From Bispira polyomma (lineage: Eukaryota), in assembly GCA_965649765.1 (NCBI GenBank), contig OZ287751.1, positions 31,868,001 to 31,932,000 of the forward strand: 64,000 bases of DNA, written 5' to 3'. The translations under genes were made by a program, and so were the position numbers. The notes beneath the pieces were generated by a model that worked only from the letters and a program-made list of their open reading frames with translations, was not told where the DNA came from and did not search any database. Below, one piece after another: positions 51,650 to 64,000 of the stretch; the stretch's first letter is position 1, and each line of letters opens with the position of its first letter.

Positions 51650-54432
51650 CACTTATTTTAAATAAAAAATTGTTTTGATGTTTTGACAATAGCGACGTTT
51701 TGTACACCCACCCCAAGAATGGCCTGACATTTTGTCCACCTTTGCAAATTTAACCTGCATTTTGTCCACCTGCATTTTGTCTTGAATTCCCATGATATAG
51801 CCATCCTCAAAGGAGGTTGTTCTCCAAAAAGGATAGTTCTACAACATAGTTTGGGTCATCATAATTAGGAAATGACGTATTCACAACTTGCCCAAGGTTG
51901 TTATCGCACCAATGAAGCTGGCGGCATTAGCAAGAGTTGAACTGGAAACCTTCCGATCACCAGACAAAGTCGCCCAACCAGGACTCGAACCAGGGACCTT
52001 GTGATCAACTGACCAACTCGCTAATCACTAGACCATGGGACACTACAATATATTTTGTTTGTGTATATAGGCTACAGCAATTGAATATTACATGTGACAT
52101 TTAGAGTTGGAAAAACAAGATGTTAATATCAAGGGCTATATTCACAAACAATCTCAGAATACAATTCTTGAAATTCTCTTAATCCCAATCAGTCAGATTA
52201 ATTGAACAAATCTTTTGGGTCAATAAAATTACAAGAGATAGAAGTTTAAGAAAAAACATTATGATTGCAAATCCGGAACACAAGTTTGAGAGTAAAAGGT
52301 TTGACAGCGTCTTAAAAACAATGACTATAATTCTTAAAGCAGAACTTTTCAACAGAAGCCCAGGGTAAAGAGAACAAATTACCCCCATTGTGGCTTCTCT
52401 GTCAGATGGAATAAAACTTTGAATGTATATTTGTTTGCCTTTCCTCAAGGACTTTCCTATTCCTAATTATCTGAGATGTGGCGTAAATATGATAGAAATA
52501 TGAAACAAGAAAAGCCACTACTTCTTTAACCCTATCAAAATTGGGGTGGCATTCTATTTATAGGGGAAAATTAGGGAAAATAATGAAAGTGTAATACCAA
52601 CATGTGTTTCAAACAAACATTATTATTAAATAAAATGTCCACCACTGCTCTCAATTTGAACTTTATTTATAAGATCATTTCAATGATAAACACTCTCTCT
52701 ATGATGGCCCATTTCACGATAATTCATGTTTGTCCCAGTTAACCAGGGTAAACAAACCAGGGCCCAAACCCTTCTGAACATCATGATGGACCTTCGCCAT
52801 ATTGGTTATCGGGGGTTGAGTGACAGGGTGGAGCTACGGTTTCGCAAATCAAGGTTTACCACAAACAATCAGGTTGTCACATGATCGTTATAAAGAATGA
52901 CAGATGTAAAACAGTGACAGCAGAAATGCCACTACCAACCAGGGTGAATGAGGGTTATGACAACAGTGAGGGAGAGTTTCTCTCAGCATACACAAAATCT
53001 CTCACGCAGAAGCTGGCTGGGCATGGATCTTCGGGGAGCTCCAGGGTTTCGCCAGGGATTTTTCCACAGTCTTCATGGGCCAGTCAAGGCTATTTACAGT
53101 TGTACAAGGTTGAAAAACTGTGAACATCTATCACTGCCCACCTCAAAAAGATCTATGTTTACACTCCTGTCTGTCAATTTGTTTGTGTGTTGGTTAGTTT
53201 CTTTGCAAGATTATGCAAAGATTACCAAAACCCTTTAGACCAAACTTTGTACTATGGTATGGGCCAAATGAGAAACCATAAAACTTTGGTGCAGATGCGG
53301 TAAAATTTAAATGGGAACTGAGTATTTGTTGTATAATAAATATTTACCTTATACACTCAAGAATGGGTGTTTTGGTAAGACAAGTCATTTACCTACTTTC
53401 TAATGTGTTATTAGCTGTTGATACACCTAACATTTATCACTTATATGTTAACACTGAGACTACAGTTGTTGAGGTTTATTTGTTCAGTGTGTACTTGCTC
53501 ATTAGGGCCTTTATCTGTGAATTAATGGTTCTAGTCGGATTGGTGGCTAGATTTCTGTGGTTCAACTATCTCTAGTATATGACTTTAGTGATTGTGATTT
53601 CCTGCTTCATACACTGTATAATATTGTGAATTATGGTTATTTCTTGGTTAGGCGGTTATTATAATTATTAAAGATAATGTTTGCTGGTTAGATGGCTACA
53701 AAACTGGCTGGATGCACTTGTGTGGTTTACTGACTATGCTTCACAGCTGGACTTTGTGTGTTATATTTTATGTTATATATGTAATGGGGTATTTTATTTT
53801 GTAAATTCTGCAACTTTAAACCTCTATACCTATATACAAACTGCTAACATGTAAAAAATAAAATCCTCAAACTATAGTTATACATTTAAAAGATATTGAT
53901 CTAAATTGGAAACTCTGTTTATAACTAGTATTTGACCATAAAATTGTAATGTTTACAGTTATGGTCTTTCTTGTCCTTTTTTCCATCTATATTGTATATG
54001 TATATATATATATGTCACCTTGTCCTATTATAAAAAAACCAAAGAAAAATCTATTTTCTCTTAATGACTCATACAGTATTGCTATTATCAAGTGGCATTT
54101 ACATTTGCGTGGACGTATTTCTCCTGAGTACAGACTGGCCCAATACTAAGTATAACCAGTAATTATATTCTTTTAGAAGGTTTTAATAATCCATATAATC
54201 GGATTGTGGATTATGTACCGTTTCTAAATAGACAACACATTGATAATCTTTTGTTGTATGGATTGTTTACATCATAACTATGTCACATGCTTGGACATAT
54301 GCTTAGTAATATAAACCTTACTAGTATAAAAGGAGTTTTTTTAGCAGGACAACTCATTGGCTAATTCGTCAGCTAGAAGAACCAACATCAACTGACATAC
54401 ATTTTGTATTTAAAGGCCTTGTTTCCATCAAC

Positions 54433-54789
54433 ATGTCTCTTCTTCAGATCTTGGTCATTGTAGCTGTGGCAAGCTTCACAATCAGTGATGTTGCTGCTAT
54501 TAACTGCTATGTGTGTGTCGCCTGCAGTGACCCTTTTGATCCCACTGCATACACATCCACTGAGTGTGATTCTGGTGTTACTACATGCGTCAAATCTGAG
54601 ATAGAAAATATTGCCAGCAGGTCCTGTGGAGAAGTTGATGCCACCAACACTGGCTGTACCGAGTTCAGCTTCCTTGGTATAGATACAGAGACCTGCTCTT
54701 GTGACACTGATGACTGCAATGGTTCTAGTATGACCACCGCCTCACTCTGTATGGTCTTGGTTCTGGCTCTGATGAAGTTCATGTGGTAA
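54433..54789 (+). CDS. Three-finger GPI-anchored protein, copy 8
   Basis: Intact 118-aa ORF. Variants V57I, C106. Confidence 0.92.
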   Translation: MSLLQILVIVAVASFTISDVAAINCYVCVACSDPFDPTAYTSTECDSGVTTCVKSEIENIASRSCGEVDATNTGCTEFSFLGIDTETCSCDTDDCNGSSMTTASLCMVLVLALMKFMW

Positions 54790-56230
54790 ATCAGACAAGC
54801 ACAAGCTGGCACTGACAATAAATTGGATAAATGAAGGACATATGCAAAAAAAAACATTTTCATATTCAAACAAAATAAACAAGTTAACTACAGAGAATGT
54901 TTTACGTACATCAGTAAATATATGCAGTAGAAAACTTCTATTATCCAACCTTCTATTATCCCACCTTTTATTAAAATTAATTATTAAAATTGTTCCTATT
55001 GTTTTGGACAAGGTTTTTTCTGTATTTGTATCCATGGTATTTTTGTCGTTAATACAAGCAATCTGATCCAATACATTGGCTATTTATTTAATAAAAATAA
55101 TTTGTATCTGTATATTATATATATATAAATCATGTAATCATAATAAAGTTTTGTAATTGTATAAATAAATATTGTTTTGTGGTAAAAATAAATACAAAAA
55201 GACTGACCATAGTTTTATTCCCTCTTCTTTTGACCTTCATATCTCTCGCCTCCTATTTTGACCTTTAGGCATCTCTCACTTTTCTAACTAGAGAACTGCT
55301 TTGATTTATGCTTTAAAATTTATATGGAAATCTGTGTTCACACTTTTCAATCAAGCTGTTTACCTTTAAAATGCATTGAATGTTTTGTTTTAATTTTGTC
55401 TTTATATATTACCATGTGCTTTGTTGTAAATAAATAAAACAAGTCTAGTCTTTTAAAAAAAGACAGGCGCACAATGTGACTGACACCCCTCTGTTTGACT
55501 AGGTTGATTGTTTTCTATCAATCCGTGAATGTCAATTGTTTTCAGCCAGTTCATTAGGGTGTTAAATATTTCCAATGGCCGGACCATTTTCAGAATAAAA
55601 TCAACATTAGACTGCGCCTCATAAAAAGAAGATGTCACCACAGTTTTCTGCAATTGGCAACACATTTAGACAGACTAGTTTATCACAGAGATTTGTAGTA
55701 GTGCATTTTTAGTTCCAAATTGTTACCATTTTATAATGCCAAAAAGGTGTTATTATTCTTAAGTGGATGTTTTAGTTTGTTGTTACATATAAATAATTTC
55801 AGCTTTCGTTTTATCAGGATGGTGATGATTTAATCAGATTCATGGTATCCGTTGATTTATGGAGCCCCTATGAAGACATCTATATTTTTTCCCCTTTCTT
55901 ATTTATTCATGATTACGAAATCAATTAAATCATTTCGTGATCACAAGGTGCTTAACAATTGTAATTATTTTGACTGTGTGACAATCTTTAATTGCTGTTT
56001 AGTTGTTAGGGTGTAGCTCTAAAAGATTCACATTTTGGTCAGACAATCATATATCAATTACAGTTAGAATAGATAGTGATGAATTAATATATATATATCA
56101 GAATAATCAGATGGAGTTCTCGCAAGACAATAAGGGGAAATTAAATTGTGAAGGACACATGTACAGTAAAAAATTAGAGACTAAGAATTAACTTCATCAT
56201 GATTAGGTGATCAAGTCATGAAAAAAAGTT

Positions 56231-57273
56231 ACAAAACATTACATTATACGATTTATATAGCGCTTTATTAGGAGGTCTATTCAAAGCGCTCACTGTAGTT
56301 CTGATTGAATAAGAACGTTTTTAGGTTCTTTTTGAAGTCATCGATTTTTCTGAGCTTTGAAGATAAGGAGTTCCAGAATTTGGGTGCAAGCACACTGAAT
56401 GCTCTTTCACCGTAAAATTTTGTGTTGTATCTTTTCCCTTTTCGGGTGAACTGTTTTTCAGATCTTAATGATCAATTTGGTGTATACCGCTCAAATAAGG
56501 CAGAGAGATAGTCTGGACCGAGTCCATTTAGCACTTTGAAAACAAGTACTAACAAGCTGTACTCAATTCTCTGTTTCATTTTGAGCCAGTGAAGTTGTTT
56601 TAATATTGGTGTGATGTGGTTGTATCTACATGTGCGTGTTATGAGGCGGGCACACATATTCTGAAGTTTCTGTAGTCTATCATTCTGGTAAGCAGGTAAA
56701 CCGACAAGTAGAAGATTACCGTAATCCATTCTGGAAATTACTTTTGCGTAAACTAAGGTTTGGGTTGCATCTGTGGTTAGATATGGGTGTAAAGCGTGGA
56801 TGTTTTTGATCTGAAGGAACGTTTTATTGCAAACTGCGGATATGTGTTTATTGAGTATTAGGTGTTTATCAGTAATTACCCCCAGGTTTTTGGGTAATGT
56901 ACTTAAGTGTATTTTATTATTGTCGATCTTGATTGTTGGTCCAATTGAAAAATGTGGTTTGAATTCTGTCTTATCACCGTTGAGCTTGAGTTTAATTTTT
57001 GACATCCAGGACACAACTTCTGACAAACAGTTTTCAACTGCATCAAAGGTTTGGTTTTCTCCTTCAGATGACCTTGGATTGTAGCCTTTATAGATCTGAC
57101 TGTAACAGCGATCAAGTGGTATGATAAAGAAAAGGATCTTATGAGTTCACCAACAGGACGTGTGTAATAGCTGTATAATGGAGCACCTAGACCTGAGCCT
57201 TGTGGTACACTCCAGCCAAGTTAACATTCTCCTGAGAGAGCACCATTGATGAATACCCTTTTGCCATAGATAA
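56231..57273 (-). mobile_element. Dead L2-clade LINE fragment, unit 8 (longest open frame)
   Basis: ORF 56472-57026: WMSKIKLKLNGDKTEF...KNLGVITD...SRMDYGNLLL...HITPILKQLHWL, typical of the L2 ORF2 C-terminal half. Confidence 0.92.
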
Positions 57274-60110
57274 TACTTATTTGAATAAAAAATTGTTTCG
57301 ATGTTTTGACAATAGCGGCATTTTGTCCACCCACCCCAAGAATGGCTTGAAATTTTGTCCACCTTTGCAAATTTGACCTGCATTTTGTCCACCTGTATTT
57401 TTTTTCTTGAATTCCCATGATATATCCATCCTCAACGGAGGTTGTTCTCCAAAAAGGATAGTTCTACAACATAGCTTGGGTCATCATAAGTAGGAAATTC
57501 ACATCTTGCCCAAGGTTGTTATCGCACCAATAAAACTGGCAGCATTAGCAAGAGTTGAACTGGAAACCTTCCGATCACCAGACCAAGTCGCCCAACCAGG
57601 AGTCGAACCAGGGACCTTGTGATCAACTGACCAACTCGCCAATCACTAGACAATAGGACACTACAATATATTTTGTTTGTGTATATAGGCTACAGCAATT
57701 GAATATTACATGTGACATTTAGAGTTGGAAAAACAAGATGTTAATATCAAGGGCTATATTCACAAACAATCTCAGAATACAATTCTTTTAATCTCAATCA
57801 ATCAGATTAATTGAACAAATCTTTTGGGTCAATAAAATTACAAGAGATAGATGTTTAAGAAAAAAACATTTTGACTACAAATCCGGAACACAAGTTTGAG
57901 AGTAAAAGGTTTGACAGCGTCTTGAAACGTCTTGAAAACAATGGCTATAAATCTTAAAGCAGAACTTGTCAACAGAAGCCTAGGGTAAAGAAAACAAATT
58001 ACTCCCATTGTGGCTTCTCTGTCAAATGAAATATAACTCTGAATGTGTATTTGTTTGCCTTTCCTCAAGGAAATTCCTATTCTTAATTATCTGAGATGCG
58101 GTGTAAATATGATAGAAATATGAAACAAGAAAAGCCACTACTTCTTTAACCCTATCAGAATTGGGGTGCCATGCTATTTATAGGAGAAAATTAGGGAAAA
58201 TAATGAAAGTGTAATACCAACATGTTGTGTTTCAAACAAACATTATTATTAAATAAAATGTTAATCACTGCTCTCAATTTGAACTTTATTTATAAGATCA
58301 TTTCAATGATAAACACTCTCTCCATGATTGCCCATTTCACGATAATTCATGTTTGTCCCAGTTAACCAGAGTCAACAAACCAGGGCATAAACCCTTCTGA
58401 ACATCATCATGGACCTACGCCATATTGGTTATCGGGGGTTGAGTGACAGGGTGGAGCTACAGTTTCGCAAATCAAGGTTTACCACAGACAATCAGGGTGT
58501 CACATAAAGGTTATAAAGGAAGACAAATGTAAAGCAGTGACAGCAGAAATGCTACTACCAACCAGGGTGCATGAGGGTTATGACAACAGTGAGGAAGAGC
58601 CTCCCTCAGCATACACAAAATCTCTCACACAGAAGCTGGCTGGGCATGGATCTTCTTTGGCTCCAGGGTTTCACCAGAAATTTTTCCACAGTTCTCGTGG
58701 GCCAGTCAAGGCTATTTACAGTTGTACAAGGTTCAAAAACTGTGATCATCTATTACTGCCCACCTCAAAAAGATCTATGTTTACACTCCTGTCTGTCAAT
58801 TTGTTTTTTTGTGTGTTGGTTAGTTTGTTTGCAAGATTATGCAAAAGTTACCAAAACCCTTTAGATCAAACTTTGTACTATGCTATTGGCCAAATGAGAA
58901 ACCATAAAACTTGGGTGCAGATGCGCTAAAATTGATGGGAACTGAGTATTTGTTGTATAATAAATATTTACCTTATACACTCAAGAATGGGTGTTTTGGT
59001 AAGACAAGTCATTTACCTACTTTCTAATGTGTTATTTGCTGTTGATACACCTAACATTTATCACTTATATGTTAACACTGAGACTACAGTTGTTGAGGTT
59101 TATTTGTTCAGTGTGTACTTGCTCATTAGGGCCTTTATCTGTGAATTAATGGTTCTAGTCGGATTGGTGGCTAGATTTCTGTGGTTCAACTATCTCTAGT
59201 ATATGACTTTAGTGATTGTGATTTCCTGCTTCATACACTGTATAATATTGTGAATTATGGTTATTTCTTGGTTAGGCAGTTATTATAATTATTAAAGATA
59301 ATGTTTGCTGGTTAGATGGCTACAAAACTGGCTGGATGCACTTGTGTGGTTTACTGACTATGTTACACAGCTGGACTTTGTGTGTTATATTTTATGTTAT
59401 ATATGTAATGGGGTATTTTATTTTGTAAATTCTGCAACTTTAAACCTCTATACCTGTATACAAACTGCTAACATGTAAAAAATAAAATCCTCAAACTATA
59501 GTTATACATTTAAAAGATACTGATCTCAATTGGAAACTCTGTTTACAACTAGTATTTGACCATAAAATTGCATTGTCTACAGTTATTGTCTTTCTTGTCC
59601 TTTTTTCTATTTATGTTGTATATACATGTCACTTTGTCCTATTATTGTCAACTCTGTGTGTCTTTTATGTCATTTTATCATTGTAAGTATTTAAAAAAAA
59701 TTTTAAAAAGGTAAAAACCCCAAAAAAATCTATTATCTCTTAATGGCTCATACAGTATTGTTATTATCAAGTGGCATTTACATTTGCGTGGACGTATTTC
59801 TCCTGAGTACAGACTGGCCCAATACTAAGTATAAGCAGTAATTATATTCTTTTAGAAGGTTGTAATAATCCATACAATTGAATTGTGGATTATGTACCAT
59901 TTCTAAATAGACCACACATTGATAATCTTTTGTTGTATGGATTGTTTATATCGTAACTATGTCACATGCTTGGACATATGCTTGGTATTATAAACCTAAC
60001 TGGTATAAAAGGAGCTTTTTAGCAGGACAACTCATTGGCTAATTCGTCAGCTAGAAGAACCAACATCAACTGACATACATTTTGTATTTAAAGGCCTTGT
60101 TTCCATCAAC

Positions 60111-60467
60111 ATGTCTCTTCTTCAGATCTTGGTCATTGTAGCCGTGGCAAGCTTCACAATCAGTGATGTTGCTGCTATTAACTGCTATGTGTGTGTCGCC
60201 TGCAGTGACCCTTTTGATCCCACTGCATACACATCCACTGAGTGTGATTCTGGTGTTACTACATGCGTCAAATCTGAGGTAGAAAATATTGCTAGCAGAA
60301 GCTGTGGAGAAGCTGATGCAACCAACACTGGCTGTACTGAGTTCAGCTTCCTTGGTATAGATACAGAAACCTGCTCTTGTGACACTGGTGACTGCAATGG
60401 TTCTAGTATGACTACCGCCTCACTCTTGATGGTCTTGGTTCTGGCTCTGATGAATTTCATGTGGTAA
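60111..60467 (+). CDS. Three-finger GPI-anchored protein, copy 9
   Basis: Intact 118-aa ORF. Variants A68, D93G, L106, K115N and several private synonymous changes. Degenerate duplicated tail follows. Confidence 0.92.
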   Translation: MSLLQILVIVAVASFTISDVAAINCYVCVACSDPFDPTAYTSTECDSGVTTCVKSEVENIASRSCGEADATNTGCTEFSFLGIDTETCSCDTGDCNGSSMTTASLLMVLVLALMNFMW

Positions 60468-61184
60468 ATAGGACAAGGACAAACTGCCTCACTCTGTATG
60501 GTCTTGGTTCTGGCTCTGATGAAGGTCATCTGGTTAATGGGACAAGGGCAAACTGGAATGAACTGACAATGATTTGGAGAAATGAAGGACATTTGCAAAA
60601 ACAACAATTTCACTGACTGACACATCTCGGTTTGGCCATGTCGATTGCTTCCTACCAATCCATAAAGGCCTTACATATTATTTCCAACATGGCGACTGTG
60701 CCTCATAATATATAAATCTACGTCTTAGTTTCCCCGGGTCAATTACACCTGATAAAAGAAACAGTCTGTTGCATCTTGTTACCACATTGCATCGTATAGT
60801 TAGACGTCAAATACTCATTTTCGCAGTAAAAAGTCATTTTTTGATGGATTTTAGGGAGGCTCAAAAATGAAATAAGAAGTCAGGGGGGAATCAGAGATGC
60901 AAAAGCACAACAGCTGTGAGATAAAATGTTCGGATAGTATATAATTTAAAAGCCAGCTAAATGCAATAAGATGGTCTATTCTTTAGCAGTGTTGTGAAAC
61001 ATTCGGGTGCTTATCGATGGTATGCCGATATTTTTTAGCTCACAAATATATCTCAGCATGCCACAAAAAGACTTATTGATTGTCCATAAAGTACATGTGA
61101 CACAGATACTAATAATAATCCTCTCAACACCCATGTAACATGAGAAAATCTGTACCACAATATGTAGACAATTGTAAACTTATA

Positions 61185-61280
61185 AAGAAACCGGTCTCTG
61201 CTGGGATTAGAACCTAGGCTGCTGCCACGGTTCTTGAGAATAATAGTCCAGTACACTAACAGTTAAGCTAAAGGGAAAAC
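61185..61280 (-). mobile_element. Degenerate tRNA-like head of a repeat element
   Basis: Minus strand: tagcttaactgttag...ggttctaatcccagcagagaccgg (A-box-like and B-box-like motifs). No intact cloverleaf seen. Confidence 0.35.
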
Positions 61281-62667
61281 ACCAGAAGTCTAAGTGTTTA
61301 ATGCACTGATATACACATATATTACACAATATAAAATAGTTGAGAAGACACTCCGTATGACTGTGTGTTCTTAAACATAGTAAGGGGAGTACATCAAATA
61401 TTGAATGCTATAAAACATGGATACTGATGACTTCAGAAACTAATCCAATTGTCTCGCTCCACTTTTCTGCTTTTTTAGCCATTGGCGACAGAGCATTGGC
61501 AAAAATTGACAAATCTGACACGACACCTATATTATAAAAAGTATTGTATTTCGACTTAGTCTGTGGTTGTATATGATTAATCCAATAGCCGTAGACAATA
61601 TTATCTCTTATGGCCAACCTAAAAGCACTTATTTACATAAATAAATCTGCCGAGTCAGATGTGTGACATTTTGCTAATGGTAACCTCTCTGTCCCTCGCC
61701 GTGCATACCATTTGTCAAAATCCAACCGTCGTGGAAGACAAAACAATCAGTCTAGTGAAGGACAATCATTCAGACATTTGTCTTGTCAACCGAATCAATT
61801 GATTTAACACATGCGATGTGAATCTGAAATGATTAGCTGACAAGCGTTTCCTGCTGCTGGTGGTGCAAACTTGTATTTCTTATGTACTGAATTCTCTTAT
61901 ATTGTCACTGTTATGACAGTGACATAAAAAATCACTTTTTATCTTCAATGACGAATAAATGTACCAAGATATTTTCAAACAACAATTTTTAACCTAAATT
62001 ATTAATTACTTTTAGAATGTAGTATAGTGTTACCGCAATATTTTATTATCATAGATTCAACAACCTATCAAGCTATTGTGAATTTTCGTTCAGTTATTTT
62101 TATAAATTTGTTCAATTACAAGTTAAAATTTGGTTATTAATTGTTAATTATCATTGACATTTACTCATTTAAAAGTCATTTACTCGTTTATTGATATCAT
62201 GCTGTAAATGATGTAAAGCGGTCTTCATTCCCATTATTTTCTTACTATATTTGTAAAGATTGGTCAATAATAGATGAAGTTATTGAAACTTTTTGTTATT
62301 AGATGAACGAAAGGTAAAGTGGCGCGTTTTTTGTATAGAAGGGTGTTTTAAATATCCTTGCATAAATATATCTCAAAAGATGTTATTTATTTTAAAAACA
62401 TCTCTTTTCAAGCATTATAGATAGTCCTTGTTGAAAACAAGTAAATAGTGTTGTGTTTTGTTCTCCCATAGGGAAGAGTATCTCCCATATCTAGATCTCA
62501 TTTGAGAGAACTAATATAAGGGAGAATCGGATTCTTATAGGCTTACAATTAGCACTTGAGGAAACTCCATCCTTATTCTAAAGACCATAATTGTTTTTTT
62601 CTGGCAGAGGAAACTGCCATCCTGGGGTAAACTACAATACTCATTTCAAAGTGTCTGTATATTTTAT

Positions 62668-62924
62668 CTAGAAGGGCACTCAGGAGAGCGAATACCTCGG
62701 CCAAGGTACCACAGTGTGAAACTGTGAAAAAACAAGTCCGGGATACTCCCTTCTACCCAGATCCGCTCCAAAATATATTGTATTCTTCTTTGGCCAATGT
62801 CTTATCCATCCACCAATTTCAAGTGACTTGGTTCAGTATTTTTTGTTGTTGTATGTAATTCTTGTGACAAACAAATAAACCAATGGACACAAGTTAAAAT
62901 ATAACCAAACATGGCGGAGGTAAC
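62668..62924. mobile_element. HINE/DINE-1-like non-autonomous element
   Basis: ctagaagggcactcaggagagcgaatacctcggcc ... acaaacaaataaac ... catggcggaggtaa: subterminal inverted repeat (acctcggcc/ggcggaggt) plus an ACAA microsatellite. Confidence 0.65.
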
Positions 62925-63751
62925 AAATGATCTGGTATATCTATTTTCTTTCTGATAAATTATACCTTTTAGCCAAATTCATTAAGAGATTTAATGTCTG
63001 GACAGAATTTATAGAATAAGAAATAACATTTCGCTTATATTTTAAAATCCGAGATATTGTTTTATATGATAAAATTGAAATGTAATCTAATCTAATTTAA
63101 TTCTGTAATGGCGCTTAATCTCCATACTAACGGATTCTAAGGCACAACGAACCAAAAATAATTGTTCAGTAATCATATTGTGGTGGACAGAATTATAACT
63201 AAAGCACAATTTTAACAGTTTATTATGAAACAAATGACAAAAAGCTGACTCACAGAATATATCACAAATGTAAACTACATCGATTTACAGGAACTAGCAG
63301 AATAGAATATTATAAAACACTTAGGACTGTGTTCACAAAAAGTGCCGAGCCAGGACTGAAGAATCCCAATCCCAGTGTACAGATATATGATGACATTGGA
63401 GACCCAAGTCAAATGATGAATTCTGTTATCACAAAGAGCAAAACAAGAGACAATATTGAAAGACTGTGTGTGTGTGTGATACAATATACAATGCCTGGAG
63501 GCTAATTTAAATTGTTCAAAATTATATAGCTTTGGCTTAAAATATACACAACATATTTAAAAACCCAAGCAGACTCTATAAAAAATATACGTACTACACT
63601 TCTATATCATAAAAGGATAAAATGGGTCATTTATACGTCTGTTCTGAATAATCCAATTTACTGCTTTGGCAAATCACACTTTTAAATCAATCAAGCTTCT
63701 CACCACTGCTTCCCTCTTCTTTTGGCGCCAAAACGGGAAAGAGGCTATTTG

Positions 63752-64000
63752 TCATAAGGTGGCAGACGACCTTGTGGATCCAGGACGGAGAAACCGTCTG
63801 GACAAGAGTGACTGCAAAGATTTATTTTCATCGTTTGGCTTAAAATTGGGTAATTTTTTCCTGGGACGAATCATCTCACGAAAGGTCTGACGAAAAGCTA
63901 CATTAACGGCGCAGTAGAGTAAGAAATTGAAGGCAAAATTGACGGTTTGTAAGAGATTCAGTGATTTGGCCACTACAATGCCAGCTTTGCCCCACCAGGC
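63752..64000 (-). CDS. 3' end (TM7, helix 8, C-tail) of a rhodopsin-class peptide GPCR, FMRFamide/sex-peptide/myosuppressin-receptor-like; 5' part lies outside the window
   Basis: Frame open to the window edge: AWWGKAGIVVAKSLNLLQTVNFAFNFLLYCAVNVAFRQTFREM...SATL*. The NFxLYC..FR motif replaces NPxxY. Confidence 0.85.
   Translation of the reverse strand, partial: AWWGKAGIVVAKSLNLLQTVNFAFNFLLYCAVNVAFRQTFREMIRPRKKLPNFKPNDENKSLQSLLSRRFLRPGSTRSSATL

Larger units (their letters stand above)
21020..60790 (+). repeat. Head-to-tail tandem gene array, 8 units
   Basis: ATGs at 22351, 28128, 34910, 40333, 45835, 49069, 54433, 60111 (spacings 5777, 6782, 5423, 5502, 3234, 5364, 5678) with recurring spacer sequence. 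Confidence 0.97.

Noticed and set aside
56472-57026. 184-aa LINE ORF as a domesticated gene
   Set aside because: Broken by stops and deletions in the five sister copies, and its RT core is disrupted.

Overview
AT-rich eukaryotic genomic DNA from an invertebrate animal. The TE repertoire and an FMRFamide-receptor-like GPCR suggest a lophotrochozoan such as a mollusc or annelid (inference). The dominant structure is a cluster of nine intact, near-identical genes with uninterrupted CDSs. Each encodes a 118-aa secreted, probably GPI-anchored, very acidic 10-cysteine three-finger protein (Ly6/uPAR, Quiver/Sleepless-like). One copy is inverted (15115-15471, minus strand) and eight lie head-to-tail on the plus strand (22351-60467), spaced 3.2-6.8 kb apart. 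The copies are mosaics: 5' flank types, coding variants and 3' flank types are shuffled, and four copies carry an in-frame duplicate of the GPI-signal tail just after the stop codon. Six spacers carry a co-amplified cargo of a dead L2-type LINE, a tRNA/CORE-type SINE, a MITE and a HINE-like element. The left 11.5 kb is TE-derived intergenic DNA. The right edge holds the 3' end of a rhodopsin-class peptide GPCR on the minus strand. All alignments were done by eye, so TE boundaries are approximate unless target-site duplications are quoted.
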